DNA of 51,210 nt, the filler included, from Trypethelium eluteriae (lineage: Eukaryota), in NCBI GenBank assembly GCA_051942245.1. It is 2 parts of 2 records of this genome, joined end to end, with 100 filler letters (N's around TTAATTAATTAA, not from the genome) between each part and the next. Parts side by side here need not be neighbours in the genome. Positions count along the whole stretch, not along the records: positions 1 to 25,563 come from JAVECL010000368.1; 1 more part is not named here. The stretch is one strand, 5' to 3'. Within the stretch, counting starts at the first letter, position 1. Every line of letters starts with the position of its first letter. A program made the translations under genes and the position numbers. Below are positions 1-12,520 of this stretch, one piece after another. The notes beneath the pieces are model-generated. The model was given only the letters and a program-made list of their open reading frames with translations, was not told the origin of the DNA and did no database searches.

Positions 1-145
1 GGTCGAAGGGGGAGTTGAGGCCGGCGGAAAGGTCGGGGAGTACGGTGCAGAAGGATGCGGAGGCGGAGAAGTTGTTGTCGCCGTCGACGAAGTAGAGAGG
101 TTTTTCGGTCGGTGGACGGACGAGTGAGCGTGGAGGAGGGAGGCT
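1..145 (-). CDS. Possible internal exon of an unidentified gene running off the window start
   Basis: Minus strand shows CTGAC...GATAG (branch site/acceptor) followed by an open frame rich in C-ending codons (LPPPRSLVRPPTEKPLYFVDGDNNFSASASFCTVLPDLSAGLNSPFD). No start exon or family recognised. Confidence 0.3.
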
Positions 146-513
146 ATCGAAGGACGGGGCGTTTTGAGATATAAGTCAGCATCGGGTTGGAAGGGTACTC
201 GCAAGCAGTACCCATATGTCACTCGTTAGATACCCAACCCGCTCATAGATGTATGGACGTTTTCGGTGCCAGATGTGGCTAGGCGTCTCGCTCGCGCTGC
301 GAGATTGGTCAATCGGCACTGAGTCGTCGAGGATGACGTATTTTGAAGATTAGGGGATTGGTGAATTGGAGAATTCCACAACTACCAAGGCACCAAAGAA
401 TGACCCCGCCACAATCTGGTCTTGACCGGTCGTAAACATTTTCCCAACTTTTGGAAAGATAAACTCAAAGAGAAATTTGTTCTTTCCCATCAGAGCAGTA
501 CTTGGGCGTGAAT

Positions 514-2506
514 ATGCTTTCCCTATTATCATATTCGATGCTTCCGCTATGTCTCGCGCGAGAGATAACTCTTCCTCCCGTCTCTGGCTTTCCGCAAGAT
601 GCTCACCAAAATCCCATGGACCTAGACTTTCAATCGAGTATCAACATTTCTGAGGGAAGCGCCTTCCGAGGCTTAACAACATTTGCTAATCTTCCCTATG
701 TCAACTGTCTCAGTAGTAATGAGCACATAGAGAAATATGACATTGTATTTCTCGGGGCACCATTCGACACTGTGCGTGATTTTACTGACGCAAAACTTCT
801 TTCATGTTAAACTGCAGAAATAATGCCTGCGTTAGCCAAATCGTTACCATTTTACATGTTGGCTTTTACTAGCGCTCTTTGATCTAGACTTCCATATTTG
901 AGCTTGGCGCTGATGGTCCCCCAGAGTGTGACAGCTCGTCCGGGAGCTCGATACGGTCCCGCCGGCATTCGCCAGGGATCGCGAAGGATATTGCCCGAAT
1001 TAGGATGGTCAATATATACCGGTCAGGACAGCGGCCTCCCAGGTGATTGTGACAAGCTTGCCTTGCTGACAGTTGGTTAAGGCAAGAACTCATTCAAGAG
1101 CTGGGCTAAGATTGTAGATTGCGGTGATGCTCCTTTGACAGTTCTGGTAGGTGATAACCTCGGATGGTCCTGCAGTGCGACATAATCGCCATAGCTGACG
1201 ACGGGTTGAAGGACAATACCGTTGCCCTGAAGCAGCTAGATCAAGCACATACGGTAGGCGTCAATCGACAAACAAGTGCTTCGACTCTCTTGGGAGCGCT
1301 TCCCGCTGCCACATCTCTTCTAGAGAATTTTGTTTGCAGTGAGGGCTGATTGGGCGACAGCTAGCTTCGGGTCGGACTGCCCAGAATTCGTCCTACAAAA
1401 CCCCTCGGATCATTACATTAGGTGGAGATCATACCACAACGCTGCCAGCTTTGAGATCTGTGCATAAACGATGGGGAAAGGTGAGCGTTATTCATTTCGA
1501 TAGCCATCTAGGTAAGGCTAAATATTTCTTTTTTCCATTCCACACGCCGGAAGACTCTAGGCAGCATACTTTTCGTGTACTGACTTGACTCGGGGTAGAC
1601 ACATGGGATCCAGAGGTGTTAGGTAAGTACTCGTTCAGCTCCGTGGAGATATCACCTAGTTCTGGAGCTCTGATCACGAATGTCTAGGTGGAGGCATATC
1701 GCATTACGCGTGAGTATGCAAACCTGCGTAATCGACATAAAGGCCTTCAACTGAGACATGGTTATACAGCGGAATAAATCACGGAACGTTTCTTCACATT
1801 GCGCATGAGGAGGGCCTCGTTAGGAATTCGTCTATTCATGCTGGGATCAGGGCTCCAATCCGATACCCAAAAGAGGACTTGACGAATGATGCCAGATGCG
1901 GGTTTCACGTCATCAAAGCCCGTGATCTCGATAAGATTGGCGTCGATGGGATTATAGAAAAATTGAAAGAGCGAGTCGCCGGTACCAAAGTATATATCAC
2001 TGTCGACATCGACGTGCTAGACCCTGCATTTGCCCCTGGTAAGTCTGTCAGTTTCACTTCAAAGAGACAGTCCCGTCATCTGCTGCCTAAGTTCTTGAGC
2101 TTCGAACGGATAGTGTCAATTTCGGCACGTGGCTAGATTAGTGGATTTGCGCAAACTTGTGCACAGACTTCGGAGCAGGTTTCACGCAACCTAGATACCG
2201 GGACGAACGTTGACCTTGAGCAGCAACAGGTACAAGCGAAGTAGGTGGTTGGACAACCCGGGAGCTCTTGAGTATTCTTGATGGCCTAGAAGGCCTTCAC
2301 GTTGTTGGTGCGGATGTTGGTAAGTGTAGACCCATCTCCAGGTCGATCAAATATATTTCATTGAATGTCTTCTGTCCTGGTCTGATAGGCAACTAGTCGA
2401 GGTGGCGCCCGTTTATGATAACCCTGGGGAGACGACGGTTCTTGCAGCTGCCGAGATCGCACATTCGCTCCTGTCACTGATGGTGGCTGAGCCGGTTGAG
2501 AAATGA
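514..2506 (+). CDS. Agmatinase/ureohydrolase (arginase family) with N-terminal signal-like peptide, about 10 exons
   Basis: Spliced translation gives [55 protein letters not shown] and EVAPVYD, the Mn-binding and signature motifs of ureohydrolases. ATG at 514, TGA at 2504-2506. Confidence 0.92.
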
Positions 2507-3281
2507 GCGCAGAGAAGCGGTCGCTTGCAGTAGTCGACGATGCTCACATATGCAAGTGACACAACCACGAAAGAGCCGGACAAGGGGTAGCAAACGCAAG
2601 GACTTGTGGCTCGAGAAGTCTCCCGTTTGCAACATTTGCAAGTTTCCAAAGATGAAATAGCTTCGTGTGTAGAACTATTGCAACTAGTGGACCCTATCAA
2701 CGAGACTTCCTGCGCTTTAAAAACATGATGTCGAATTAGATGAGGGGGTTTCCCGGATGAAATTTGCCAGCAGTAGTCCTTCCCGCACTTTTGATTTGCT
2801 GGCTTACTGGCATGCTGACTGAGCTATCCTGTCAGAGCGTCTAGCTTTTCGATCCAACGGTCTCCAGAGAGCTGAGAAGGCAGCGTACATCGGAAACATC
2901 GGTCGCGGGCGCAAGACTGAATAAGACGTTTGACGTTGTGCATCCAAGTAGACGTGAAGACGTACCTTACTCTTATGTCGTACAGCCGGGCTCGGGGCGA
3001 ACCCACGAGCCCGGACAAACATTTTGTCTAGCAGGGATATGTCGGTTAGTCACGAGTGCACGGGTGTTTACAGTGTGGTGGTGTGGTGTTCATCTAGACC
3101 ATCTAGAGTGCCACCGTGCTTTAGGGTACGATAAGGTGATAAGATCTTTTAACTAGCGGGAAATGACGTAAGACATCCTCCTTACCCAGGTAGTGCTGGT
3201 GCGTTTATGCACTCAACCTCCATCCCATTGGAGTCTTTGGAGATACTTGAACCAGTCTTTTTCAGTAGGATAGATCTCAAA

Positions 3282-3871
3282 ATGTCCGAAAGAGAGCACG
3301 TTGCCGAGCCGAAGAACTTTGAACCCAAAGTCCCTGTCAAGCTTGATCCGCCCAAGAGCGATCCGATCAGTCTCGAATACCTGGCAAAGTGTGACGGTGA
3401 GGCTCATCCCTACCAATTAGACAACAAGCGAAAAGGCGCAATCGTCACAGCCCAGTTATGAAGCTAACCCTCAAAAGGCACACATGAGGGCTACCCAACG
3501 TGCGTTGCCATCAAGGTGAGTACATGAAGTATTGACTCCTTGCAACGTTCAGTTGGAGCTGATCGAGGACCTACCTATAGGGCAAAGTCTTTGACGTGAC
3601 CAATAACAAAGCATATGGTACAGAGGGTCAATATCATGGTAAGATACTGAAGAACTTCCGAGCTTTGAACCGACAGAATCTAAGCAGCGCAGTGTTCGCT
3701 GGCAAGGATGCCTCGCGTGCTCTTGCACAGTCCTCATTGAAGCCAGAAGACGTTCGGCCGGAATGGCTTGACCTTCCTGATAAGGAGAAGACTGTTCTAG
3801 AGGAATGGGATACATTCTTCAGTAAGAGATACAATATTATCGGCGAAGTGCAAGGGTCCGCGAATTTGTAG
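3282..3871 (+). CDS. Cytochrome b5-like heme/steroid-binding (MAPR-type) protein, 4 exons
   Basis: LAKCDG, VAIKGKVFDV, YG..GQYHVFAGKDASRALA and W..FF.KRY motifs joined by three GT-AG introns; no transmembrane anchor. Confidence 0.88.
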
Positions 3872-4601
3872 CCCATAGCAAAGTATCTCCAGGTTCAATG
3901 ATCATTTCGTACTGTCTTTCCCAGCCTTCCCTAAGCGACTCATGCTTCGTGAACACTGTGGTACAACGACCTTCGGCTTGTAGTAAGCGATGCTCACCTT
4001 GTTTTCAGCTCGGTAAAGGCCTACCGCTCTGCAGTCTGCAATGCTATGTACTACGACCAGGGCAAGCGGAGCTGGAGCCGACGTCTTACCAAGTCGCCCT
4101 CCAACCGTACTCTTACATTTTTGGATCTGTGCATTACCAGATTTCGTTTCTTGCATACTAAACTCCAATCTGATGGACCATCTGCTTCCTGTTTGCGTAG
4201 CAAGACCGTGAAGAATTACTATTTGCTTGCAGCCCACCATCCCAGCCAGTTCAAGAGAGCGTAAAGGGGAGACAAATTCCACTTTTATCAGCAAAAAGGA
4301 CCAACCACAAATCAGGGAAGGAAAATAGAAGTTGGCGAATGAGAAAAGAAGGTGAGATCAGAAGAAGTAACTCACGAAAACCACAGCGTGCAAAACAACG
4401 CAGTAAACAACGCCTGAACACTGGAGAGCAAGCTCGATTGAGCAACCCGAAAAAAGCTGGAGGTAGCCGCATGACCGAACACTCGTTTCCTTGAGCCAGC
4501 TCGCAAATCCCTGTAAAGACGAATGCCCATCCCAGACTGATCCCTTGGAAGGGTTGGAGTGAAAGCGATGCAGTTCCCATGGAGGTCCGCCGGTGCGTTG
4601 A

Positions 4602-4805
4602 TTAACAGCGCATCGAAGACCGCTGTTGACCTACGGCCGCCATCTTGCAAGCGTGACAGTACTCAAATTGCTGATGCCATTCGCGGGTTATACTCCAGGC
4701 GCCGAAGCACTGATGGTTCGGATCGTTGCGAGCAAAATGACAGTGCTTAATCAAACGGCGACCAATGTGCCCACACGCAAAGTGAATGGCTTCATATTGG
4801 CACAT
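4602..4805 (-). CDS. 67-aa Cys/His-rich small protein, putative zinc binder of unknown function
   Basis: MC-x6-ACGH ... CHFARNDPNHQCFGAW ... CHAC; the MC...CGH...CxxC layout resembles small hypothetical proteins of filamentous ascomycetes (recalled, not searched). Confidence 0.7.
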   Translation of the reverse strand: MCQYEAIHFACGHIGRRLIKHCHFARNDPNHQCFGAWSITREWHQQFEYCHACKMAAVGQQRSSMRC

Positions 4806-6072
4806 CCTCGCCTCTTCGATGATTCGTAGCAGTAATTGTCTGAAAAAGGCTCTCTTGACAGATCTTGCACGGGTGTCAGGTAGAACAGAGCTCTTATTAA
4901 AAGAGACGATCCGAGAATAGCCCAGAAGTGTGTATGAGACTTCTCAGACTGGCAATCGCTTTCGATCCTACCACCGAGACTGCCAATGTGATTGGTGAGG
5001 CGACCACAAAAGGGTGGTGGTAAAACAAAATAAATCAGAACAGTCCACCAAGAGTAACAGAAATTGATGAGTATTAGGTTCAGCGTTGAAATCAGAACAG
5101 AGACATCCAGCCTTGAGAAGAAGATATTAGCGCCTTTTATATCCCCCACGTCCTTTCTTTGAGCAATTTATCAGCATCTCACGTCTTCAAGATGGGTCCC
5201 CATTCCTCGAGGACAAGCATCTGGACCGGAGTACTTGTGCAAAATCCTGGGCCCGCGATCCGCATATCCAGATGTTCTCAGATTGTGGAGCAACAGACTG
5301 ATGGGGTGGATGAGGTGGACGAAGTTTATGATGCGATCGAGTGACAAGAGTGGAGAAGGAGCCGGTCGGAAGACTTGTAGCAATTAGACAGTATACCTTA
5401 CGGATTTAGAGTGTGCCACTATCCGCTTGGCATTGCACAGCCCGGCTGCATATGCACCGCCTAGTGACAATGCAGTAATAGCACACGGTTACTTTTGTGG
5501 ACGAACATAGGGTTGGAAGCTCAACTAATGTGGATCTCCACAAAGAACGCGCTAGCGATTGCTGCATTTGGACTGACAGGCATCAGTAGGATATGAAGCC
5601 CCAAGTGAAGATACACTCGAAACCTAGCCTTCGTCATACCGTTGCATCAACACTGTGGTCTTCCTATCGTCAGTACCTGAGAGATCTTGGGTTTCTATGG
5701 TGGCTAGGGCAGAGGAATACAAGTAGCCAGGTCCTCCATGATAGTTGAAAAGATATATTATCTGGTTTGCCTTGGTCGCTCCCCTCAACTGGACTGAATA
5801 ATCCAGAAGGCTGACATGAGTTCTAGGTTCAGCACAGCAGCTTGGCTCTTTGAGACAGTCTTGCACGAAACCGTTCCACGTTTGTATCTGATGTAGCTAC
5901 AAGGTTGCGCAAGACTCGTTGCACGACGAGCGTTAAGCAAAAGCAAGATAGAAATGCTTTCTTGCACACATCTGTGACATTTGTTAGGCTCGAAGGGGTA
6001 TCGCTGTGCCATTCAAGACAGGTGTCAGTCATCAAGAGTCAGAGCAAGGTCGTGCGATCTAAGATCTCCTGT

Positions 6073-8304
6073 TCAAGACTTCGTGGCTCTCTTCCGTTGC
6101 TTCCGAGCCGAGCGCTTGCGTGCGATAATCTGCTGTCGTTTGGCTGCCTTGGAACTTTCGGCCCGGTCTTTCCCCACTGTTTGTACCTCTTGTGTCTCCT
6201 GCTCAAGACCCCGCTTTCTTTTCTTAGCTACCTGCGCAGGATCTGTAGCCTCCGAATGAACTCCATTTGTTGTCCCATCTTGACCTGCTGTCTTCGCTCT
6301 TTCCCTTGCCTTGGACTCTCTATCTTTCCTTCGCCCGACTACTTGCACATTCTCGATTGCAAATTCAACGATGAGTCGTTTCTTTCGGTCTTGGACATCT
6401 TCCTTGGACATCTTGTGGCTCTGGGTATCGTTCACCTGATATGCAACCGAATGGCCGTTCAGCCACCTCAGGCCCATGAGTGCTGAGCGATGCGTGTAGT
6501 ACTCGATGAATCCATAGCCTCGACTTCTTCCTGCCCCGCTCGATTCGTTGACCTTGCTCCCCTCTCGTCCTTCGAACACTATCTTGGCCTGTTTCACCAC
6601 TCCCTTGCCTTTCGCTTTACGGTATCTCTCTGCCTCACGCATTTCTTCTCCGCCCCGTTCCACCTCCTCCTTCGAGAGTGGCTGTCTGGTGCCCCCTTTT
6701 ACGTCCTTTGCGAAACCCACCACGGCTTCCCTAGCCAAAGCCTTCAAATCCTTCGATGTTATGCTGCGAGGTACATTCCTCACTGAAAGTCGAGTAAGAC
6801 TCAAATGCAGAGTCGGATTAGTTTCAATTAGCTTTTGCCGCTGCTTCGCGCTAGCCTCGCGCATCTTCACTTCAGAAGGCGCAAGGCGCTTGTAGAGGGA
6901 AGACTTTGAGGAGATTGTTCCTTCGGATAGGAGGTAAAGACGCCGCTTGTCCCGCTGTTGGCGACCACGAGAAGCTTCCGTCTCCGCAGCCAGGCGCTGA
7001 GCTTCTGATTTGTCTACTGCGCGAGAGACATGAAGGACGCGACCGTCGATTGTATAAGTGCCAGAAACATCGCTCAGGTCATTTTGAAGTACTGATTGAG
7101 CGGGCTGTGCTTCAGCAGAAGAGGTGCTACTGATTTGTGGATTCTGATGCTGTGGTGCATTCTTCAAACACGCAGCAGCTTCCGACTTTTCGAAGAAAGA
7201 GACGAAACCCGTTCCACGTGAACGTTCTGTCACGGGATCAAGCACAACTCTGGCATATCGAAGAGCCCCAAATTGCGAGAAATGCTTATATAAATCCTCA
7301 TCCGTACAACTGAATGGCAAGTTACGTATAAATAGCGTCGACGAGTTGTCTGGTTCGTGGCTGTTTGTAGATATACCGGCCGTAGGAGATTCATCATCTT
7401 TCCCGAGCTCGTCTTCGAAAGAATGTTCATCAATATCATCGTCATCCGAAGATAGACCCTGCAATTCCTGAGATCTTGTTTGAGTATCAAGAGCCTTCTG
7501 ATCCTTGATTGACTTCGTGTCAAGGGGCTCCTCACCCTTAGGACCTGGATTGTCTTGTAACGTTTCTCTCTGACGCTCCCACGTGTCTTTATCAACAGCC
7601 CAATCCACCGCTATCGTGCGCCCTCCAACCTCCTTTCCATTCAGACTTTGCATAGCCTTCTCTGCGTTCTTTCGCCCTCGCAATAGAACAAACCCAAATC
7701 CTGACATTGCGCCATCTTTCTTCTTAGGTAGTGTTGCACTTTTTACCTTCCCATAAGACATGAAGAGCTTGGCCAATTGATCTGACTCCTGGATGTTCCA
7801 AGGCAAATTCCTGATAATGAGCCTAGGAGGCTTCGCATTGGGCCCGAGCTCTTGTTCTTTTGTACTGGAAGGCTTGCCGGCTCTGTTTATCCCATTGGTT
7901 GTAGCTTCGCCATGTTCACCTTCTCTGTGTCTAGGTTCCGCGATCTCGACCTTTATTTTTCTGCCTTCGAAATCCCTGCCATTAGAATCTTGGATGGCTC
8001 GTACTGCGTCCTCGGGATCTGCAAACGTAACAAAGCCATAGCCCTTGCATTGTTTCGTGGTAGAGTCCGTAACCGCGATCGCATGTTTGATAGGAAATGA
8101 CTGGGAAAAGTGGGAGAGGAGTGACTCTGTCGTCGTCGTGGCGGGTAAAGACCTCACGAAAATGGTACGATGATGCGGGCTTTGGTTGTGGGTTGGAGAT
8201 TTGCTCGGGCTACCACTGTCTCTGGTCTCCAAATCATTCTCTGTCGAGGTATGCATACTCGGTCCGTCACCCGACAGACGCCTTCTCTTTCTTGTATGAG
8301 CCAT
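6073..8304 (-). CDS. NOP4: Nucleolar multi-RRM protein Nop4/RBM28 (60S biogenesis), single exon
   Basis: 743-aa ORF with four RRMs (KGYGFVTF, SGFGFV, RGTGFVSF, RSRGYGFIEY), DKRRLYLLSEG, SLTRLSVRN and RLIVEFAIEN motifs, basic tail. Confidence 0.93.
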   Translation of the reverse strand: MAHTRKRRRLSGDGPSMHTSTENDLETRDSGSPSKSPTHNQSPHHRTIFVRSLPATTTTESLLSHFSQSFPIKHAIAVTDSTTKQCKGYGFVTFADPEDAVRAIQDSNGRDFEGRKIKVEIAEPRHREGEHGEATTNGINRAGKPSSTKEQELGPNAKPPRLIIRNLPWNIQESDQLAKLFMSYGKVKSATLPKKKDGAMSGFGFVLLRGRKNAEKAMQSLNGKEVGGRTIAVDWAVDKDTWERQRETLQDNPGPKGEEPLDTKSIKDQKALDTQTRSQELQGLSSDDDDIDEHSFEDELGKDDESPTAGISTNSHEPDNSSTLFIRNLPFSCTDEDLYKHFSQFGALRYARVVLDPVTERSRGTGFVSFFEKSEAAACLKNAPQHQNPQISSTSSAEAQPAQSVLQNDLSDVSGTYTIDGRVLHVSRAVDKSEAQRLAAETEASRGRQQRDKRRLYLLSEGTISSKSSLYKRLAPSEVKMREASAKQRQKLIETNPTLHLSLTRLSVRNVPRSITSKDLKALAREAVVGFAKDVKGGTRQPLSKEEVERGGEEMREAERYRKAKGKGVVKQAKIVFEGREGSKVNESSGAGRSRGYGFIEYYTHRSALMGLRWLNGHSVAYQVNDTQSHKMSKEDVQDRKKRLIVEFAIENVQVVGRRKDRESKARERAKTAGQDGTTNGVHSEATDPAQVAKKRKRGLEQETQEVQTVGKDRAESSKAAKRQQIIARKRSARKQRKRATKS

Positions 8305-8843
8305 GACTGTTTTGCGGCGTGGCGTATGCTTGGGTCGGAGGTTTAATTGTGGTACATAATTACGAGAGCAATCCGATTTTCTAATTCACCGAGAATCAAC
8401 CGCAAAAGGGAAAATTATTACGCGAAATACTTAACATCACGTCTGTCTACTGTACCTTACTAATTTACGGAATCCATACGTATAGACCAACATGCGCATG
8501 AATTCTGACTAGTCTCTTCTATATTACCCATCGGACCCGCTGTCGACGTCGAAATTTAGTCCCTGAGTCTCGGCTAAGTACTCTGTACGATCTTCATACA
8601 AGTTGATCTCCATCAGCTCCATTTGAAGTACCCACGGAGCGATGAGCATTCTCGTCGTGCTAACTGCTGTAATACGGTGAGCATACTGGGTTCAGGATTA
8701 CCCGGCAAGAATTTTCAGAGCCTCATAAGTCGTAGGAACTTCGTTAGCTAAGGCGCAAGTGCAGGAAGCCTAAAATTAAATGCTAAAGATTGAAATCACG
8801 ATATTATGAAGCTCTTAACTCTTGTAAAATCATAACCATCTTT

Positions 8844-8894
8844 CAGGCTCACCAGGCTCACCAGGCTCATCAGGCTCATCAGGCTCATCAGGCT
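8844..8894 (+). repeat. 9-bp tandem repeat (CAGGCTCAY), about 5.7 copies
   Basis: caggctcac x2, caggctcat x3, caggct, read directly. Confidence 0.95.
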
Positions 8895-9465
8895 AAGGTT
8901 TGAATATATCTTCAACAAGGCCTTTTCACCCACCGGCACTGAACCACCACTGTCCCAACAACATGACCGTTCGTCACTCACAGGCCGATCCAAACAATGT
9001 CCGAAAGTGAGCGATGAGTATCCTGCCCTTGGTTTTCTTTTAACTTTGGCGCAATGGATAAAAAACAGCACCTTGTGCCCCTTTACTTAGGACCTTTCCA
9101 CCCTAGAGTACTCCCTTCTTATCTTTTCCGTACACGCTATCGGTATCTTCAAACACCAAGCCAGCACCAACTACAGCGCTGCTGCCCAATTCTTCTTCGA
9201 GCTCCCGGAAATCTGTAATCGTCGCATAGCCTGGCCAGTCTGGCGGCATGGGTGATGCGACAAGTATGAGTGCAGCCAGATGTATGGCATCTGTCGGTGG
9301 TCCCTGCAAGCCGATATAGATGGCCCAGACAGTTTACTCCTGCTCCACGGAACTGTCGTAATCGTTGAACAGATCTAGGTTCGCATTTACGGAGAGGCTG
9401 ACAGGTGCGACATGAGTGCTGGAAATGACTTGCCAATTCTTTGCACGACCGAGGGTACCACAACA

Positions 9466-11592
9466 TCAAACCTCCTCGTTCTCCTTCTCATCATGAGCAG
9501 CCTCGGCCGCTTTAGGAAAAGTCGGCGCAAAAGCGCTTTTCTCCCGTATCTTAGCGCCTCTCAAATAGAAGATGATAGGCAAGGGAACCAGGGCGGCGGC
9601 CACACAGCCAAGCAGCGTTCCCGCCCATTGGATACCCATCCCTTCGATCATGTAAGTAGCAAAAAGCGGGAATCCGCTACCGCAGAGAGAACGGAGGAAG
9701 GTATTGGCTGCGATGGCGGAGGCCGCACTACAAGGATCAGTTGAGGCTTGAGCGGAAGATGACGGGAATACTCACAACATCAGATATGCATCGACTAGAT
9801 AATTGAGGCATTGGAGGAAGATACTCATGATGCCGAAGCCAGTCAACAGTCCGCTAAGTGTGGGTACGATCCAGTGGATGTCGCGCGTAAATCCCGTCCA
9901 GCCGAACCAGAAGAGACCCACACTGAACTAGAGATCTTGTGAGTACACTATCAATAAGACGTCCTCCAAGGGAGCCTGCTTACAGCAACACCACCTGCGA
10001 TAACTATGGGTAGCCTCCATTCAGGGATAGGCATACCGCCATTCTTCGCAAGTTTCCTGTTATAGCTTGGCTGAGCAATAATGATGGCTACGCCAGCCAA
10101 GATTTCGCCAGTAATAATACCAAAATATGGTAAGCCTCCGACGCCAGGATTCATTCCATGAACGCCTTGGAAGACGATCGGATAGAATGTCAGGAAGAGA
10201 TAAAGGAGGCCATAGATAAATGCCATGTAGATACTCAAGGCAAGTACGATTGGTTCCGTGAAAAGCATACGGAGAGGCCGTGACAAATTTTTCTCAAGAA
10301 GCTCGCGAAGATCAACTTCGATTTCCTCCTGGCGTGCATGAATGCCCCAATTGCGGGTCCGACGGCGGAGCTCCGAGGCTTTCTGAACCAAAATGACCGG
10401 TGGGTAAGTCTCCTCCAGGAAGAGGATAGTAAGGCCAAGACCGAGAAACCCCATAATCGCGACGATATCTGGACAAGCACGGTCAGTAGACACCCTCCGC
10501 ATCTGAGAATCGTACTCACATTCAGTCCAACGCCAGCCAAGATAGCTGATCGTAATGAATCCTCCAATAAACGGTGCAAGCAGAGGACCCGAAAAGACAG
10601 CCATAGAAAATACCGTAATCGCGATACCTCTCGTTCGATTATTAAACATATCCGCAAATACTGCGGCCACAACCGTCAACGGAGAGGCCCCCATGAACCC
10701 TCCAAAAAACCGGCATATTAAAATGGTTTGCAAGTCCTTAGCCACTGCAACTGCAATGGAGAAGATAGAAAATCCAAATGATGATACAATTAAAGGAAGA
10801 CGTCGGCCATACAATTCGGAGATGGGCGCCCAGAGGATAGGTCCAGTTGCGAAACCGAGGACGTACAAGGAAATCCCCAACGTGCCAACTTCGGTAGAGA
10901 CTCCATATTTCGTCGACACCTCTCGCGTCGCAGCGGAGAATATACTGCTTCCAAACGCAGCCGTAAGCGTCACAAAACCCAACACCGCAGCAATAACCAA
11001 TCTAAGATATATTCCGTTAGCTCTGCTCCGTTCTTTGCGAATTCCTCGTATGATGTAGAGAAACTACTCACTTCTTCCTCAACGGCCAATTCTGCGCATG
11101 TAGCGGATCTCCCGCTCCATCGAATTCCACCACATACTCCTCCCTTTCCGGCAGCGGTGGCGGATACGGCTTGCCACCCCCAAACTCTGGCAGTGGTCTG
11201 CTTTTACTTGACCGCGTCCTCCGCGGCGTGACTGCGCTCTCTCCAGCACCGACTGTGGCGCTGTGTTGACTTCTCGCAGTGTGTATCCTTGATAATGCAG
11301 TACGATTCCGCTCGAGATCGACCTGACCGTCCTGTTGCGTTGGAACGGTGTTGATGGGGGCATGGGTGACGGATGGGCGGCGAGACGAGGAGCTGTCGGA
11401 GCTGGAGGACGAAGAGGGAATTCCAGAGACGGTACGAGCGAGGGCTTCGCGTCGGTCTCGTGTGTAGTCGTCGGTTTCTTTCTTGGTGGCGAGGGATTCG
11501 ACGGCTTCGGTAGGATGAGAGGGTCCAGATGGAAAGCGTTCCGGCTCAGCTTCCTGCTCCCAATTTTCCACGTCGCGGTCGAGATTATCCAT
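9466..11592 (-). CDS. MFS drug:H+ antiporter, DHA1 family, multi-exon
   Basis: [27 protein letters not shown] (motif A), [44 protein letters not shown] motifs; long Ser-rich N-terminus from ATG 11592. Confidence 0.92.
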
Positions 11593-12520
11593 GTTGAATT
11601 GATGTTTCAAAGGGATGAATTGTTGAATGAGCAAAATCAATGCATGTGAACGACGAGGGAACAAGGGAGGGAACAATGAACCAAATTATAATACCCAAAC
11701 TTTTCTATGAAAACAATTACGTCGACTCGGACTCGGCTTCTATCGGTGGATCGGCTTGCGCAAAAAAATCCACGCCGACCAACGCCACCAGTGCCTCGGC
11801 ACGCTCGGTCTCTGAGTCCCTGCAGCAACCGTCGGCTGGACCCGAGACTTACTAAGTCGAAAGCGCGTAGAGGCGGAGGCAAGACGGCTCCGATAATACT
11901 AATCAATGATGCAAATTTTTGAGACAAAAAGAATTATGTTAGAGAGCTGCAAAAACCTCGCAACAGGGGAACTTGAAAGTATTATTAAGTGCTGCTTAAA
12001 ATATATCTACCCCGCCAGCAGCTCCGACAATAGTCCCTGCGTGAGAGTGGACTTGGTTGGACAGACAGAAGATTACCGTATAAGGTGACTACGGAGTACC
12101 AAGACGGAGATGCAAGCTTGACAGTGGCCTTGTTCTGCCATATTTAGTAGCGATTCATCTACAGTCAAGGATCGCGCGGTATTCCTCTCTAGACCTAGAT
12201 AATTCCAAAAAAGCAGAAGATTCCGATCACCCTTCGGTGCTTCGGTGCTTCTACAGCATGAAGCAAATTTTAGCCACGTGCGTTGCCAGGGGGTGAGCAA
12301 CGAGAGCTTTGCGCCATTTGGTTACGCACGTTACGATCGTCATCGTCATTGCATTAGCCCAACTCATTAGTCCCTCGGACTTAAGTACGTACGTAAGCCC
12401 AAATTGGATTGTCAGCTAGACAGCAGAGTCGTATGGTTCACAATTGACCGCTGGCATCACATCTAAGTATGCTCTTGAGCAATTTCGAGGCTTGCGACGC
12501 CCGACGTGAGGTTAAGAGCG

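Noticed and set aside
8844..8894. CRISPR-like array
   Set aside because: Head-to-tail 9-mers without spacers in a eukaryote; a simple minisatellite.
514..11592. Agmatinase plus DHA1 transporter as a polyamine gene cluster
   Set aside because: Separated by three unrelated genes; DHA1 substrate cannot be read from sequence.
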